Part shown: positions 62,023 to 64,000 of the stretch, piece by piece
Position numbering within the stretch: position 1 is the first letter of the stretch
Layout: every line of letters begins with the position of its first letter
The notes under the pieces: model-generated
The model's input: only the letters and a program-made list of their open reading frames with translations
Databases searched by the model: none
What the model was told of the DNA's origin: nothing
Translations under genes and position numbers: made by a program
Source of the DNA: Candidatus Bathyarchaeia archaeon
Lineage (GTDB): Archaea; Thermoproteota; Bathyarchaeia; 40CM-2-53-6
Length of the DNA stretch: 64,000 nt
NCBI GenBank assembly: GCA_050013255.1
Contig: JBEKFP010000002.1
Location: forward strand, 256,001 to 320,000
Direction: 5' to 3'

Positions 62023-62858
62023 TGGGGTAAAAGCCTCTTTAATTCGACGGTTGCTTCCTCAACCGTGATTGGGTTGTTTACGCCAAACCCGTCCTTTCGC
62101 AGAAGATGGAAAAGCATGGTGACCTTCGGAAGGCCAATTCCGATCAGTCGTGCCTCGTCATTGTAGACTTCCCGAGGTGTTCCGTCCAACGCTATTTTTC
62201 CATTATCCATCACGACGACTCTGTTCGCGTACCTTGACACTACATCAAGCCTGTGCTCGACAAGTAGGGTGGTCAGTTGGAGTTCGCGGCTGAGTTTGGC
62301 TATGATTTCGACGATCTCTTCTGCCGATTTAGGGTCAAGGAAGGAAGTGGGCTCGTCCAGGACAAGCACGCTGGGGCGCATGGCAAGGACGCCTGCGATG
62401 GCGGCGCGTTGTTGTTGGCCTCCTGAAAGTTCGTACGGGGCCTTGTTGCGTAGGTCAAAGATGCCTGTCGCTTTCATCGCCCAATTGACTCTTTCAATAG
62501 CCTCTTCTTTGGCTACGCCTAGGTTCTCCAACCCGAATGCGACGTCCCTCTCAACTGAGAGCGAGAAGAGTTGGTTCTCAGGGTTTTGGAAGACGAACCC
62601 CACGTGAGTTGCCAACTCCGCCGTAGACCGCCCATCAACATTTAGTCCGTCGACTAGCAGGTCGCCCCTCAACTCGCCGGAGTAGAAATTCGGGATTAAT
62701 CCGTTCAGGCATCTGCAGAGCGTTGTTTTGCCGCAGCCGCTTGGGCCTGTGAGGATTACGAAGTCGCCTTTCTCAATTGATAAGTTGACATCTTCCATCG
62801 ACGGCTTTTCGGCGCCCGCATAGGTGAATGAGAGCTTCTTGGCTTCGATTGCCGGCAA
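62019..62858 (-). CDS. ecfA: ECF transporter ATPase
   Basis: GPSGCGKT, FQNPENQ, LSGGQ, DEPT. Confidence 0.92.
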   Translation of the reverse strand: MPAIEAKKLSFTYAGAEKPSMEDVNLSIEKGDFVILTGPSGCGKTTLCRCLNGLIPNFYSGELRGDLLVDGLNVDGRSTAELATHVGFVFQNPENQLFSLSVERDVAFGLENLGVAKEEAIERVNWAMKATGIFDLRNKAPYELSGGQQQRAAIAGVLAMRPSVLVLDEPTSFLDPKSAEEIVEIIAKLSRELQLTTLLVEHRLDVVSRYANRVVVMDNGKIALDGTPREVYNDEARLIGIGLPKVTMLFHLLRKDGFGVNNPITVEEATVELKRLLPQ

Positions 62859-62883
62859 CGGAATAGGCCCCTACTCTTTCATC

Positions 62884-63942
62884 TCATTTTTGCGTAATTA
62901 CGCTTGTTTGGGATGAAGCCTGCGCATTACCGAGTGTCGTCGTATTAGGTTTTGGGGGACGCGAGAAAAATTCCCGAACCAAAGCTAATGAAATTCTCAG
63001 CGCGTCATTCACGTTACCTTTCACGTTCGCGCCCGCTGCCGTCGCATGCCCTCCGCCCATCCCGTTCATGCGCATGCCCAGAGGGTTTGCTAAGTCCGTT
63101 CCGATATGCATCCCTGTTTCAAATGTGAATTCCTTGGTTGCACGGAAACTGACCGTCAAATCGTCGTTCCTCTTTCCAGCAACTATCGCCAGGTGAGCTC
63201 CCAGCGCAATGAGGGCCCGTGCGGCTGAGGCATGGTAAGATCCGACTTCCGATAGCGCCACTACCCATTTGCCCGCGCGTTCCATTCTCACTCTCTGTGC
63301 TGACTTGATGCGGGCGATTCTCTCGGATTCACCCATTGTTGCCCGCGTAACCTCCCTCGCTTTCTCAGGGTCCGCTCCTAAACGAACCAAGGCATATGCG
63401 GATTCGAATGTTCGGCGCGTGGCAATCGACAAATGTCCAGTCTCCACCAGCAACCCGGCCAGAAGCGCCTGGCAAACGGCCCGGTTAGGCAAAAGGTGTG
63501 ATTGCTTATACATGTCGAGGATCATTTCGCACGTTGAAGTTGCTTTATCATCGCAAATGACGAATGTTGCTGTTTTTGTGTTCTCGGGGTGGGGTGCGTG
63601 GTGGTCTATCATTACCAAGGGTTTGCCGGATTGAAGAACTGGCTCCTGGAGTTCGCCGAGCTGCCGAAGAGTGTTCGTGTCAACTGTAACGGTAAGGTCC
63701 ACGCTTGACATATCGGGGTGCTCGGTTACCTCAAGTGGAACGGTCTGGAGGATTTGTTTCGATAGTTTGCTCACGCCGGCGGGAGAAGCGAAAGTAATCC
63801 TAACTTTCCTGTTAAGGCGCCTAGCGAGAATCGCGAATGCGTACGCCGAGCAAACGGCGTCGGGATCGGAGTTCTGATGGCCGATTATTAGAACTGATTT
63901 TGCCTTCCGAATCAGTTTGATTAGGCGGGGATATCCTCGCAA
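62884..63942 (-). CDS. DHH/DHHA1 family phosphoesterase
   Basis: HQNSDPDA, IDHH, GGGHATAAG. Confidence 0.9.
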   Translation of the reverse strand: MRGYPRLIKLIRKAKSVLIIGHQNSDPDAVCSAYAFAILARRLNRKVRITFASPAGVSKLSKQILQTVPLEVTEHPDMSSVDLTVTVDTNTLRQLGELQEPVLQSGKPLVMIDHHAPHPENTKTATFVICDDKATSTCEMILDMYKQSHLLPNRAVCQALLAGLLVETGHLSIATRRTFESAYALVRLGADPEKAREVTRATMGESERIARIKSAQRVRMERAGKWVVALSEVGSYHASAARALIALGAHLAIVAGKRNDDLTVSFRATKEFTFETGMHIGTDLANPLGMRMNGMGGGHATAAGANVKGNVNDALRISLALVREFFSRPPKPNTTTLGNAQASSQTSVITQK

Positions 63943-64000
63943 AGGTTAAGCTCCCTAGCTTTCGCGTCCGCTGCGGAGAACGCCATGTTGGTGGCCTCGT
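63921..64000 (-). CDS. 3' end of a gene running off the window (DUF3194-like)
   Basis: EATNMAFSAADAKARELNLCEDIPA*, overlapping the DHH start. Confidence 0.45.
   Translation of the reverse strand, partial: EATNMAFSAADAKARELNLCEDIPA

Overview
Archaeal chromosome segment. The gene set (CdvA/B/C, Alba, S26e, short XPF, a multi-intron tRNA) points to the TACK group, most plausibly Bathyarchaeia-like (inference). Layout: (1) 1-4077, a decayed integrative region at the 3' end of tRNA-Arg(CCG), with an SSV-type split tyrosine integrase and two more remnants of the integrase 3' end between cargo genes. (2) 4.2-19.7 kb, core genes: argS, a PMT-family glycosyltransferase, Alba, a Cdv/ESCRT-III cluster with three CdvB paralogues and an embedded Lrp regulator, 2-oxoacid:ferredoxin oxidoreductase, aspartase/fumarase, proS, S26e. 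(3) ~19.7-44.1 kb, an accessory region of single genes and gene fragments, punctuated by a family of tRNA-3'-end-like repeats (GTGTGTG-CGCACCA-N5-6-CCACACAC). (4) 44.3-64 kb, core genes: cdc48, DEAD-box helicase, tRNA-Gly(CCC) with three non-canonical introns, EF-2, FEN1, DNA ligase, diphthine-ammonia ligase, SAH deaminase, ahcY, XPF, ECF transporter, DHH. The most striking observation is a 28-nt insertion with an in-frame stop in the EF-2 gene. It folds into a bulge-helix-bulge-type splicing motif like those of the neighbouring tRNA introns, and its removal restores the conserved N-terminus. This is a candidate tRNA-type intron in the mRNA of an essential protein. All calls are from reading the sequence by eye; no database searches were run.
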